Source: a virus
Lineage: Duplodnaviria; Caudoviricetes
IMG/VR virus record: IMGVR_UViG_3300036797_000015
Coordinates: 1-64,000 of that record
Strand: one strand, 5' to 3'
Length of the DNA: 64,000 nt
The notes below the pieces were generated by a model. The model saw nothing but the letters and a program-made list of their open reading frames with translations, had not been told where the DNA came from and did no database searches. A program made the position numbers and the translations under genes. The stretch's first letter is position 1; every line of letters starts with the position of its first letter. Positions 1 through 7,290 of this stretch are shown here, in pieces.

Positions 1-208
1 TGTGCCAAACAGTTACATCACCCTGGCGGGGGTAGTGCTTGACTACCACCATTGGTAGCTGGGTCTTACCCGATTGCTCTACCAGGGCCTTAGCCTCTGG
101 GTCGGCGTCGATGTCGATGTCTGTATAGGCTACACCACGTTCATCGAGCTTCTGCTTGGTATACTTACATTGAACGCAGTCTTCCCTGCCGTAAACCGTA
201 ACGCCCAC
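1..208 (-). CDS. nrdH: NrdH-like glutaredoxin (runs off the window edge)
   Basis: Manual translation from GTG at 208 with AGGAG SD: MGVTVYGREDCVQCKYTKQKLDERGVAYTDIDIDADPEAK...QLPMVVV...WH; CVQC redox motif typical of NrdH. Confidence 0.9.
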   Translation of the reverse strand, partial: MGVTVYGREDCVQCKYTKQKLDERGVAYTDIDIDADPEAKALVEQSGKTQLPMVVVKHYPRQGDVTVWH

Positions 209-311
209 GATTCTCCTAGTCAAGCTAAGTTACCGTCAACCTACCCGTAGCCTACTCCATTAGGCCTGGTAGGAAGGCCGATTCCGCACCCCTAGAAGCG
301 ATTCTCTGGTG

Positions 312-451
312 AGTTCTCCGGATGGCCGGTATACTGTACCCAGGGACCAGGGCTTTTGGACAGCAGCCCGGCCCAAGGCCCTGACCAGGCGTTATCAGTC
401 CGGTCTAGACTTCTGCCCTGGTCTGGCGTACTTTTGACCTTGGGGAGAACT
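312..451. promoter_or_regulatory. Divergent promoter pair
   Basis: + strand TAGACT-17nt-TACTTT (406-434); - strand TACAGT -10 box (338-333); both carry GCCCTGGTC in the spacer (345-353 inverted, 415-423), with a variant GCCCTGACC at 378-386. Confidence 0.55.
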
Positions 452-820
452 ATGCGTAATCCCTGGTAGAACGACCGTAGACCGGAATGTCGGGTTAGAT
501 GCTTAGGCGAGACCCACTAGACCGGCCAATGCGTGACGTTAAGATCGGCAAAGTCGAGAGGAACCACCCGGCTATGATCGGGAGTAGGCCGCGACCTAGC
601 GGAAAGCCCTGGGCGGGCAACAGATCTGGCGCTAACGGAGTTGCTTGAGAACTAAACAGAGAAATCCTTAGTAGCGGAGGTGCGAACCTCCGTGGTTCCT
701 ACACATCCGCTACATGGTTGTTGTTGGGGCAACGTAAGTTGCGTGCGAGTCTGGGGCTTCGGTCCCAGGCTGGTGCGGGGCGAAGCGTTATTTGCCCTGT
801 TCCCAACACCCTGAGGAGAA
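441..820 (+). ncRNA. Long structured 5' leader / putative ncRNA
   Basis: No credible + strand ORF. Nested helices GGAACCAC(559-566)/GTGGTTCC(692-699), CGGAGGT-GCGA-ACCTCCG, GCAAC-GTAA-GTTGC, GTCTGGGGC-TTCG-GTCCCAGGC; GNRA and UUCG tetraloops. Confidence 0.6.
640..659 (+). promoter_or_regulatory. rrn boxA-like antitermination element
   Basis: GTTGCTTGAGAACTAAACAG closely resembles the actinobacterial rRNA-leader boxA region (GTTGTTTGAGAACTCAA) as recalled. Confidence 0.5.
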
Positions 821-823
821 ACA

Positions 824-1132
824 GTGATCGAGAATCTGGAGAATAGCCTAGCACGATTAAACTTCCCCAAATTGCCTGATAGGGAAGATCGTGTTATCCG
901 GCTAGCCTCTGTACTCTGCGACGTTACGAACGGCCGTGTTGGCCGTAAGTATGACGCAGATGTCCGCAAATCCGCGGTGCTTATCTGGCGTAGTTTAACC
1001 AGTGATGAAAGCGTGTTCGTTAGGCTGCGGCCGCGAACGCTTACTAAGCACGCGAATCTGCTGCTCAGCCAAACGGTTAATCCCGATGCGGCGTATCTCG
1101 CTGGCCTTATAAAAACAGCAATCTCGGAGTAG
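824..1132 (+). CDS. Hypothetical early protein
   Basis: GTG start with GAGGAG SD; TAG stop abuts repeat element. Confidence 0.75.
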   Translation: MIENLENSLARLNFPKLPDREDRVIRLASVLCDVTNGRVGRKYDADVRKSAVLIWRSLTSDESVFVRLRPRTLTKHANLLLSQTVNPDAAYLAGLIKTAISE

Positions 1133-1210
1133 AAGTGCGGCGGTAGCCGGTCTAGTACCGGCTACCTGCGGACTAGCTACCCTGCTTGTCTACCCAACAA
1201 CCAAGAGGAA
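1130..1210 (+). repeat. Class I intergenic element, copy 1
   Basis: TAGAAGTGCGGCG-[GTAGCCGG/CCGGCTAC stem]-CTGCGGACTA-small hairpin-CCCAACAACCAAGAGG. Confidence 0.9.
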
Positions 1211-1218
1211 ACACGAAA

Positions 1219-1470
1219 ATGGCTACACTGGAAGTAAAGCTGAGCGTGGTTAACTGCGGCGAACGCCGGGCCGATAGGCTCTGCGTTGGCGACCTTGTCT
1301 GTCTTGAAGGCACGGTCGCTACCGTCGCGGATGCTACGTTCTGCGGAGCCAACCCTGGCATGATGTATGTGGACTTTTTGGCCACCGCCGAGGATGGCCA
1401 GGAGTGCCGCAAAACGCACTTCGTGCGTCGGGATGAGGCATTCCGAGTCGTGAAGGTGGTCGCAGAATGA
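1219..1470 (+). CDS. Hypothetical early protein
   Basis: ATG after the repeat-borne SD; ATGA overlap with next gene. Confidence 0.75.
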   Translation: MATLEVKLSVVNCGERRADRLCVGDLVCLEGTVATVADATFCGANPGMMYVDFLATAEDGQECRKTHFVRRDEAFRVVKVVAE

Positions 1471-1724
1471 CCATCTACTACCAAGCACGATTCCTGGCTG
1501 AAGGCGGCCCAGCGTTCGATGGGTGTCCAAAGGCCAATCTGCCTGAAGGCACCGAAGTGGATGAAAGCGAAGCGGTGATTATCCGCTACCAGAAAGGTAT
1601 GTGGCAAGTTATCTACGTCAACGCGAACGTCGTGGTGGCAGAGGGCCAGGATATGTACCTGGCAACGAGCTATATGCTTGACTGGGCGCACGCGCTCCAG
1701 GATGAACTGGAGGCAAGCAGATAG
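1467..1724 (+). CDS. Hypothetical early protein
   Basis: Coupled start; TAG stop begins repeat copy 2. Confidence 0.75.
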   Translation: MTIYYQARFLAEGGPAFDGCPKANLPEGTEVDESEAVIIRYQKGMWQVIYVNANVVVAEGQDMYLATSYMLDWAHALQDELEASR

Positions 1725-1812
1725 AAGTGCGGCGGGTACTGGGACTTAGGTCCCAGTGCTCTGCGGACTAACTATCTGGTTAGTACCAAGCAGTACCCAA
1801 CAACCAAGAGGG
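1722..1812 (+). repeat. Class I intergenic element, copy 2
   Basis: TAGAAGTGCGGCG-[GGTACTGGGAC/GTCCCAGTGCT]-CTGCGGACTA-CTAAC/GTTAG hairpin-CCCAACAACCAAGAGG. Confidence 0.9.
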
Positions 1813-1818
1813 AAAGAA

Positions 1819-2496
1819 ATGACTATGACAACAGCACAAAAGCCCGCCAGCGGACGTTCGCTGAAATTCTTCCATGACCTGATCTGGGGCAAGGATGAGC
1901 AAAGCGTGTCTGACTTCCGTGCGAATCTGCCGACAGAGTGGCGGTCGTTGTTTGATCGCTGTATCAGCAGTTTCGCTAACTGCGACCATGAAGGTCTTGG
2001 CCCAGAAGCCATGAACGATTGGATGGCGAGTGAAGAATGGCCGCTGCTGGAGCAATCCGACGCGAGTAAGTTCATTGAGGGCTTGAAGGCTTTGCCCTGG
2101 AAGCAAGGAACTAACCCCGCCAAGGTGCGCGAACCTGTCACCGAAGATGGCATGTACAAGGTTGGCGACACGATCTACAAAGTCCAATGGAACCGGCAGA
2201 AGACTAACCTCTATGCCAAGGTCCTGCGGGTGTCGCGTAACTCGTATGAGGGGAAGCACGAGGTTTGGTTCGATTACGAGTCTGGTGCGATGAAGAAAAT
2301 CTCCGCTAGCGATAAGATGACCTACGAGCAGGCACGAGAGTTTGGTGCTATGTACGGTACGTGCGTTAACTGTGGCAGGTTACTCACCAACGAGCTTTCG
2401 ATAGCTCTTGGTATCGGCCCAGTCTGCGGTGACCGGATGTTCGGTGGCGACTTCAAGTTCATGATCGATGACGCCAAATTGAAGTTAGCCAAATGA
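1819..2496 (+). CDS. DUF6011-like zinc-finger protein
   Basis: C-terminal YGTCVNCGRLLTNELSIALGIGPVCG matches the CxxCGRxLT...SxxxGIGPxC pattern. Confidence 0.75.
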   Translation: MTMTTAQKPASGRSLKFFHDLIWGKDEQSVSDFRANLPTEWRSLFDRCISSFANCDHEGLGPEAMNDWMASEEWPLLEQSDASKFIEGLKALPWKQGTNPAKVREPVTEDGMYKVGDTIYKVQWNRQKTNLYAKVLRVSRNSYEGKHEVWFDYESGAMKKISASDKMTYEQAREFGAMYGTCVNCGRLLTNELSIALGIGPVCGDRMFGGDFKFMIDDAKLKLAK

Positions 2497-2654
2497 AGGT
2501 GAAGGTGACCGCTAGAAAGTATGGCGGAGATGATGCTGCTTCGTGGGCGATATTCCGTAGCGACGCAAGCAGGCCGGTAGTTACCGGCTTGTACCGGAGT
2601 GAGGTAGCCTACTACAAGAAGCAGATTCAAGAGATGGTCGACCAGGAAGGATAG
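2493..2654 (+). CDS. Small hypothetical protein (53 aa, not in ORF track)
   Basis: ATGA-coupled: MKVKVTARKYGGDDAASWAIFRSD...QEG; TAG begins repeat copy 3. Confidence 0.7.
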   Translation: MKVKVTARKYGGDDAASWAIFRSDASRPVVTGLYRSEVAYYKKQIQEMVDQEG

Positions 2655-2740
2655 AGGTGCGGCGATACCTGGTGCTACGGTACCAGGTATCTGCGGACTA
2701 GCTATCCGGCTAGGACAAAGAAAACCCAACAACCAAGAGG
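2652..2740 (+). repeat. Class I intergenic element, copy 3
   Basis: TAGAGGTGCGGCG-[ATACCTGGTGC/GTACCAGGTAT]-CTGCGGACTA-CTAGC/GCTAG hairpin-CCCAACAACCAAGAGG. Confidence 0.9.
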
Positions 2741-2747
2741 AATGAAA

Positions 2748-3935
2748 GTGACAAAACCCCAAGATAGTATCATGAGCAAAATCATGAAGCTGCTGGAGAG
2801 GGCCAATCACCCGAGTACGCCTGAGGCTGAAGCAAAAGCATGTGAAGAAAAAGCAGACGCTTTGATGGCGCAGCACCAGATAGATCGAATGGATCTGAAG
2901 CCAGAAGAGAAGGCCAAGATTATCCAGGACGCCTGGAGCATTCACTTTGGTGTTTCGGGTAAGGCCCACGAATTTGGTAGCGCCATCGAGTCGCTCATGC
3001 GTGCTGTCCTGTCGCATTGTAAGATCAAGATGGACCCTAGGTACAGCTACGGCACTAACGAGAATGGGGACAAGGACTATGGTGTCCGAGTCTTCAAACT
3101 CGTTGGCTTCCCTGAAGATATTGCCTATGCTGAGCGCATCTGGTTCCGAGTCTTCAAAGAGTTTGTGTTTAACGTCAACCCAGGTTGGCGCAAGGACGCC
3201 TCTATAGAGGACAACGCGTATGACTTGGTCAAAGCCAGTATCGACTGGCAGACGATGGTCCTGATGGCGAATAATGCCGGAGATGACCGCATACCCGTGT
3301 CGGAGTTGGAAGTGTTACAGCCGTATGATAAACGGCAGATACCAGTTAAGGGTAATCGTCCGCTGATCAAGGGCATCAATATGTTGCGTGATGCTTACCG
3401 TGCGGAATGCGAACGTCGCGGTGAAGCCTATGAGTACAATAAAGGCGACAAGACCCGTGCGTCGTACAGAAGCAGTTTCGCTATCTCGTTTGCCGGCACG
3501 ATTAAGCGGCGACTGGATGAAATGCGCCAGAAAGCAGAAGAGACTGTCTCTGATCGGGACAAGTACGCGTTGGCACTAGTCGATACAGAAGAGCAGGTGG
3601 AGCGTGAGTTCTACCGGCTGTTCCCCGAGTTTGACCCTGAAATCCGCAAGCGCCAAAGGGATGCTGCGGCCGCTGAGGCTGTGGCTGACTTCCTGGCAAT
3701 GTCGGAAGATGAGCAAGCTTACGTGATCGACTATGTGTCCAAGGAGGAAGCAGAGAATGAGAAACGTTGGCAACGGGCAGCCGGTCGGGCTAGGCGCAAT
3801 TACGGGACGATACGTGGTCGAGACTATGGCGACGTTCAGGACCGGGCCTGGAAGGCTGGCCACCAAGCTGCGTCCTCAGTTAATCTGAGGGATGATGCGG
3901 AGGTTAAGCGTGAGACCCGTAAGGGTATCCGATGA
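2748..3935 (+). CDS. DUF2786-domain protein
   Basis: N-terminal KIMKLLERANHPSTPEAEAKACEEKADALMAQHQID; GTG 2748 is better spaced from the SD than ATG 2742. Confidence 0.75.
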   Translation: MTKPQDSIMSKIMKLLERANHPSTPEAEAKACEEKADALMAQHQIDRMDLKPEEKAKIIQDAWSIHFGVSGKAHEFGSAIESLMRAVLSHCKIKMDPRYSYGTNENGDKDYGVRVFKLVGFPEDIAYAERIWFRVFKEFVFNVNPGWRKDASIEDNAYDLVKASIDWQTMVLMANNAGDDRIPVSELEVLQPYDKRQIPVKGNRPLIKGINMLRDAYRAECERRGEAYEYNKGDKTRASYRSSFAISFAGTIKRRLDEMRQKAEETVSDRDKYALALVDTEEQVEREFYRLFPEFDPEIRKRQRDAAAAEAVADFLAMSEDEQAYVIDYVSKEEAENEKRWQRAAGRARRNYGTIRGRDYGDVQDRAWKAGHQAASSVNLRDDAEVKRETRKGIR

Positions 3936-4042
3936 CCGCATATTCCGTCCCCAGGTTCTGGATGGTCGCGTGGGTCCACGCGATGCTCGAATGTGTGAGA
4001 TTGCTGATGCTTCTGGCAATCGCGCTGGAGATAATGTACTAA
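3932..4042 (+). CDS. Small hydrophobic peptide (36 aa)
   Basis: ATGA overlap; MTAYSVPRFWMVAWVHAMLECVRLLMLLAIALEIMY. Confidence 0.5.
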   Translation: MTAYSVPRFWMVAWVHAMLECVRLLMLLAIALEIMY

Positions 4043-4136
4043 GGAGGTGATCATGCGAAGTGCCCGCCAGATATGCAGCCCTGGCGGGTATTTCGGGTGC
4101 CGTACCTCGACACTCGACCCAACAACCAAGAAGGAA
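4041..4136 (+). repeat. Class II intergenic element, copy 1
   Basis: AAGGAGGTGA-ATGCGAAGTGC-[CCGCCAG/CTGGCGG]-GTATTT, TCGGGTG/CACTCGA hairpin, CCCAACAACCAAGAAGG. Confidence 0.85.
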
Positions 4137-4148
4137 ACTAGAAGAACC

Positions 4149-4682
4149 ATGAGCAAGCAAGAAGATGTGCGTAAGTTCACCAATCTGGACAATGACACCT
4201 CAATCGAAACCTGGAGTATAGGCGAGATTGCTGAAGGTGTTATGGCCAGAGTCAAAGAAACGACTGGTGAAGATGTCAATAGAGCGTATGGACAAAGTCT
4301 GTGGGGCCTGGAACGCAAACTCGCTGAGTTTGTCAAGAACCTTGACCTGGAGACACCCAAACCCTCTATGGTGTTCCGTGGCGCTAGCTACTGGTCGCCT
4401 GACACGATCGACGCTTGGGTTCAGCTGCTGAATGAAGACAAAGCCGCCAAATTGGCCAAGAACTGGTCCAAGGAGGAATTGGTCCAAAAGGCAGCATCGT
4501 TTATGGCTAGGGAGTCTGCCTACAGCGATACCAAGATTGCCAATCGTGACGCCTACAATCGTGCCGAAGCCGTTATGGAGTTTATCCAGACCCTGGATGA
4601 ATTTGGCATTGTTGACGAGACGATGGAAGATGCGATGCGGACTATCGTGAACAGGTTCAAGAGTAAGTCGGGCCTGCGATGA
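4149..4682 (+). CDS. Hypothetical early protein (alternative in-frame start at 4053)
   Basis: ATG after repeat SD; an upstream strong SD+ATG reads through the repeat in frame. Confidence 0.8.
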   Translation: MSKQEDVRKFTNLDNDTSIETWSIGEIAEGVMARVKETTGEDVNRAYGQSLWGLERKLAEFVKNLDLETPKPSMVFRGASYWSPDTIDAWVQLLNEDKAAKLAKNWSKEELVQKAASFMARESAYSDTKIANRDAYNRAEAVMEFIQTLDEFGIVDETMEDAMRTIVNRFKSKSGLR

Positions 4683-4780
4683 AGCCTAACGGAGCATTCC
4701 GCGGTGCGTTCTTTGGGGCTTTGGTTGGTATCTTTATATTCTGGGTACCTGCCATAGTCCTGATGCTTACCCACCACTAG
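4679..4780 (+). CDS. Small membrane peptide (33 aa)
   Basis: ATGA overlap; MKPNGAFRGAFFGALVGIFIFWVPAIVLMLTHH, single TM segment. Confidence 0.6.
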   Translation: MKPNGAFRGAFFGALVGIFIFWVPAIVLMLTHH

Positions 4781-4866
4781 GGGTGAATATGCTAGGTGCC
4801 CTGGGGCTTAACGTCCCAGGGTATCTAGGGTATCAAACCCGATACCTACCCAACAACCAAGAGGAA
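4778..4866 (+). repeat. Class II intergenic element, copy 2
   Basis: AGGGGTG-ATGCTAGGTGC-[CCTGGGGC/GTCCCAGG]-GTATCT, GGTATC/GATACC hairpin, CCCAACAACCAAGAGG. Confidence 0.9.
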
Positions 4867-4872
4867 AAGAAA

Positions 4873-5172
4873 ATGTCTGGAATCTACGCAAAGATCAAGA
4901 GGCACAAGGGCAATAAGGTCTGGTACAGTCTTGAGTTCAAGATCATAGCTATCGGCGAGGAATCGCGGTGGCCGTGCTTGGATATGGCCAGATTCAACCT
5001 GCCGACTGAAGCCCGTGCTTGCGCTGAAGAGCGCGGCTGGCACGTGGTGGAGACCTGGCGGGAAGCCTATGATCACGCCCAGATTGGTCCGTGGGATGGT
5101 GTGTACCGTGCCTATGAGCCACCAAGGGTGGTCGGTCCTGACTATGTAGAGGAACGGGCCAATGTCCGCTGA
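4873..5172 (+). CDS. Hypothetical early protein (alternative in-frame start at 4789)
   Basis: ATG after repeat SD. Confidence 0.75.
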   Translation: MSGIYAKIKRHKGNKVWYSLEFKIIAIGEESRWPCLDMARFNLPTEARACAEERGWHVVETWREAYDHAQIGPWDGVYRAYEPPRVVGPDYVEERANVR

Positions 5173-5509
5173 GATCGTGACCGCAGGCTTCTGCCCGCAG
5201 TACTTCAGCCAGTTCCGCGTTTTGAGCAATCAAAATGATACATATTACTCAGTAACGCTAAATGGCACTGGGCCAGCATTCTGTACGTGTAAAGCGTATG
5301 AGTTTGCTAAAATGTATGACAAGACCTGTAAGCATATTAAACGGGTCTGGGAACATGGCTGCTTATATAACCCGCAATGGAAGGATGCGGGGCCAAATGA
5401 TCTGGATAAAGTTGGCGTTGAGATTGTCGCTACCGATACCAGAAACAGCTACCCTAAGAATTGCCCCGGTTGTCATGAGGAGATGATAGCCGTGAAGATA
5501 GCAGTATAG
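5162..5509 (+). CDS. SWIM-type zinc-finger protein
   Basis: CTCKAY...TCKHI (CxC..CxH) plus a C-terminal CPGC. Confidence 0.75.
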   Translation: MSAEIVTAGFCPQYFSQFRVLSNQNDTYYSVTLNGTGPAFCTCKAYEFAKMYDKTCKHIKRVWEHGCLYNPQWKDAGPNDLDKVGVEIVATDTRNSYPKNCPGCHEEMIAVKIAV

Positions 5510-5595
5510 GAGACTATGCCAGGTGCCCTGAAGCCAACCACTTCAGGGTATCTGGGGTATCGTTCCTAGATGCCTACCCAACAACCAAGAAGGAA
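5507..5595 (+). repeat. Class II intergenic element, copy 3
   Basis: AGGAG-ATGCCAGGTGC-[CCTGAAG/CTTCAGG]-GTATCT, GGTATC/GATGCC hairpin, CCCAACAACCAAGAAGG. Confidence 0.9.
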
Positions 5596-5597
5596 TC

Positions 5598-6086
5598 ATG
5601 AGAACAAAAGCAAGGAAAGCATTTCTACACTCAGCGTTCACGACCGCGCTTGAAGGCGGAATTGGCTACTGGTCGGAGTGCGAGGAATATGTTTGGTCTA
5701 AGCCAAAAGCCGGGCCAACCAAAGAGCGCACTGAAGACCTGGATGGCTTTCATGCTTGGATAACAAACAACGAGAGTGACTGGGGTGTCGGTAAGGCGTA
5801 CCAACCAAATACAACGAGCAAGTACGCTGTAGATGGTTGGGTTGAGTTAGAGCCTGACGCCACTTTGGTCATTGACATTGACGTTGTCGAGCGTGGAGTC
5901 AATATGCTGGTTGATGCGGTAGTCGCCGCGACCAAGTCGGAAGACCCAGAAGCGCCATTTAACAACAAGTACCTCCGACAGTTCGTGGAGGCTTGGCTAA
6001 CTGATGGCGACGGTGGGGATTACGACGCTAATGGTGCCGACCTGGCTATCCAGCTGGGGCTGTTCGGTGAGGTCGTGTACGCATGA
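5598..6086 (+). CDS. Hypothetical early protein
   Basis: SD plus ATG; TTALEGGIGYWS segment; coupled to next gene. Confidence 0.8.
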   Translation: MRTKARKAFLHSAFTTALEGGIGYWSECEEYVWSKPKAGPTKERTEDLDGFHAWITNNESDWGVGKAYQPNTTSKYAVDGWVELEPDATLVIDIDVVERGVNMLVDAVVAATKSEDPEAPFNNKYLRQFVEAWLTDGDGGDYDANGADLAIQLGLFGEVVYA

Positions 6087-6334
6087 GAATGTTTATTTTA
6101 GGCCTCATCGGTATAGCCTCGTTCAGCGGTGGAGTGCTTGGTTTCAGCTCAAATGACGAGATGAACCAGCGCGTAGTAATTCCGCCAATGACACCGACCG
6201 TTACGGTTACGGCACCGGTGGTGACAGATACAATGCCGGAGCACGAGGATAACCCGCCAAGCCGGTGGGGGACTAGTCCTACGCCGACTCTGCCTTGTCC
6301 CGTGACACTAAACTGCGGGAAGGAGATGGTGTGA
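6083..6334 (+). CDS. Secreted/membrane protein with Pro/Thr-rich tail
   Basis: N-terminal hydrophobic stretch, PT-rich body. Confidence 0.65.
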   Translation: MRMFILGLIGIASFSGGVLGFSSNDEMNQRVVIPPMTPTVTVTAPVVTDTMPEHEDNPPSRWGTSPTPTLPCPVTLNCGKEMV

Positions 6335-6549
6335 CTAACCCCAACCTGGTGTATGTTGAGTTCCCAGGAGGTAACCGAGCGCCTGGCGGTTACATCGTGC
6401 CTGCTTACTTAACTGGCAGAACCAGCGGTCGTCAGAGCCAAGTAGTGCTGACGGCATCGACAAATGGCCATCGCTATGCATGGCCGCAATGGGTACGGAA
6501 TGGGCAGATACTTACCGACGAGGAAGTTTCTGAATTAGGCCCGGACTAG
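6331..6549 (+). CDS. Hypothetical protein
   Basis: GTGA overlap, AAGGAG SD. Confidence 0.65.
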   Translation: MTNPNLVYVEFPGGNRAPGGYIVPAYLTGRTSGRQSQVVLTASTNGHRYAWPQWVRNGQILTDEEVSELGPD

Positions 6550-6574
6550 CCTAGAACGGAGTAAGATAGAGCGC

Positions 6575-6657
6575 ATGCGAGGTGCCTATAACGTACCCAA
6601 ATACGTTATAGGTATCTCGGGTGATGAATCTGTCACCCGACCAACAACCAAAGAGGA
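6575..6657 (+). repeat. Class II intergenic element, copy 4
   Basis: ATGCGAGGTGC-[CTATAACGTA/TACGTTATAG]-GTATCT, TCGGGTGAT/GTCACCCGA hairpin, CCAACAACCAAAGAGG. Confidence 0.9.
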
Positions 6658-6663
6658 AAACAG

Positions 6664-7290
6664 ATGGCAAAGAATGTGAAAAACCCAAGCGGTTACCATT
6701 CAGCTGGCAAAACGCTGCAAGAGAAGGCTGCCAATTTCGGCAGTTTCGTGAAACAGCACGGTTGGACTGGCAGTTTCAAAACTGCTGAAAACGGTGATGT
6801 GAATCTGCTTGCGCAGCGGGGTGACAGTGAGTCCATTGAGATCTGTTGGCTTAAGGGTGGTGGTGGTTCAGTCAGATACACGCTGGCGGGTACCACCGTA
6901 AAGTGCCATAACGTAAGTGCGGCCGCTAAAATTGCCCAAGAGCCACCAGATATCAATAAGGTCCAGAAAGCAGTGCGTAAACGGCATGTTGCTCCTGAGA
7001 ATGGTGAGATCACGCCCGATATACTCGATGGGCTTCAAGGGTCACTTCCGTTCGATCGTGAGTCCACTGACCAAGAGATCAAACTGGCGTTGAAGGATAG
7101 AAACATCGCCTGGATCAATCGGCTCAGCGGTACGGTATACCAAGCTGTAGTGGGGGTGTCCAAGCAGTTTAAGGTCATCCGCGCTGAGGACCCAGTAAGG
7201 GACCAAATCAGTTTCGTGGAGGTAACTCCGCGAGGTATCCTGCCGCAGTTCCGTGCGGTCTATCTCAACAGTATAGTGAGTGTGGGCTGA
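6664..7290 (+). CDS. Hypothetical protein
   Basis: 208-aa ORF after repeat SD, TGATG-coupled to the helicase. Confidence 0.8.
   Translation: MAKNVKNPSGYHSAGKTLQEKAANFGSFVKQHGWTGSFKTAENGDVNLLAQRGDSESIEICWLKGGGGSVRYTLAGTTVKCHNVSAAAKIAQEPPDINKVQKAVRKRHVAPENGEITPDILDGLQGSLPFDRESTDQEIKLALKDRNIAWINRLSGTVYQAVVGVSKQFKVIRAEDPVRDQISFVEVTPRGILPQFRAVYLNSIVSVG

Noticed and set aside
540-715. Leader as a group I or II intron
   Set aside because: GAGAACTAAAC resembles the group I R element, but I found no matching S/P7 partner, no domain V and no interrupted gene
1130-6657. Early repeats as a CRISPR array
   Set aside because: Units are separated by whole genes of variable length and have variable cores; the Cas4-like gene sits in a recombination module and no cas1/cas2 is present
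1130-6657. Early repeats as integron attC sites
   Set aside because: No GTTRRRY/RYYYAAC boxes seen and no tyrosine recombinase in the window; G-U pairs favour RNA structure
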